DNA of 64,000 bases from an uncultured Gammaproteobacteria bacterium (GTDB lineage Bacteria > Patescibacteriota > Microgenomatia > 0-14-0-10-38-17), in assembly GCA_964348895.1 (NCBI GenBank), contig CAYGEH010000001.1, forward strand, positions 384,103 through 448,102, read 5' to 3'. Positions within the stretch are counted from its first letter, which is position 1. The number at the start of each line of letters is the position of its first letter. Shown here piece after piece: positions 63,612 through 64,000 of the stretch. A model generated the notes under the pieces. That model saw nothing but the letters and a program-made list of their open reading frames with translations. It did not search any database and was not told the origin of the DNA. A program made the translations under genes and the position numbers.

Positions 63612-63989
63612 TTATTTTAGCCTTGGTTTTGTGTGTACGTGTCTTTTTTGATATTTCTTGATCAAGATAACAAGAATAATAATTTCTAAGAAAATTAAAA
63701 AGACAATGTCTCTTATAGGTATAAGAATTAAGGCTAATAGCTTACTAGCAAGAACAACAATTTGCTGATAAAGAGCCTCCGTGAAGCTAAGAACACGGAA
63801 AGAGAGAATATTGCTTTTTGGAGAAAAGTTATTTTGAAAAACATTTCCGACGTAATAACGGAAGGATTGACTTTCTTGATTGGGAAGATCAAAACTAAAG
63901 AAACCCTTTTTGTCGGTTTCTAGGACAAGCTTGTTTTCCTCAAAAGAAGAAGGTGTGTTTTTTTGGGCAATGGCATTTTTAGGGGCCAA
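63612..63989 (-). CDS. hypothetical protein with a C-terminal TM anchor. The N-terminus may lie beyond the window edge.
   Basis: ORF from the six-frame track with a C-terminal hydrophobic helix. No recognisable motifs. Confidence 0.25.
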   Translation of the reverse strand: MAPKNAIAQKNTPSSFEENKLVLETDKKGFFSFDLPNQESQSFRYYVGNVFQNNFSPKSNILSFRVLSFTEALYQQIVVLASKLLALILIPIRDIVFLIFLEIIILVILIKKYQKRHVHTKPRLK

Positions 63990-64000
63990 AGGTGAGCCCA

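Overview
Low-GC bacterial chromosome window with a streamlined, archaeal-flavoured gene content typical of Candidate Phyla Radiation (Patescibacteria)-like genomes; this taxonomic placement is inference. From 5' to 3' the window contains: (1) a plus-strand central-carbon / pentose-phosphate cluster: short archaeal-type TIM, RpiB, PGK, GAPDH, Rpe, a LOG-family protein, a split transketolase, DhnA-type class I aldolase and a PfkB kinase. (2) a peptidoglycan block: a class-A beta-lactamase-like serine hydrolase and two convergent class-A PBP paralogs. (3) a Fic protein adjacent to a Lig1-type ATP-dependent DNA ligase. (4) two stand-alone tRNAs (Leu-CAA, Ala-CGC), then pth, an Mpg glycosylase with an N-terminal extension, an SDR, a ferredoxin, a DUF43/BpsA-like protein and a SpoU methyltransferase interrupted at a C9 homopolymer. 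(5) a complete rRNA operon, 16S - tRNA-Ile - tRNA-Ala - 23S - 5S. All three rRNAs are oversized because of AT-rich insertions. The 16S is bracketed by a 20-bp processing stem and followed by a textbook intrinsic terminator. (6) LCP protein, S1, RadA, an 858-bp ORF-free gap, a PilX-like minor pilin, Rho, a LysM-M23 peptidase and an O-antigen-ligase/TPR membrane protein. (7) a roughly 15.7-kb minus-strand locus. It encodes a small tandem protein made of two integrase core-binding (SAM-like) domains. Next comes a 3266-aa Gly/Thr-rich repeat giant whose N-terminus is a third core-binding-like domain followed by a TM helix. Last is a 1796-aa multi-LamG giant. The 3266-aa gene contains near-identical intragenic DNA repeats of about 430 and 340 bp. 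A recurrent GCGGTAAT motif sits in the AT-rich intergenic DNA upstream. Most novel-looking: the core-binding-domain/giant-surface-protein module and the split, IVS-laden rRNA operon.
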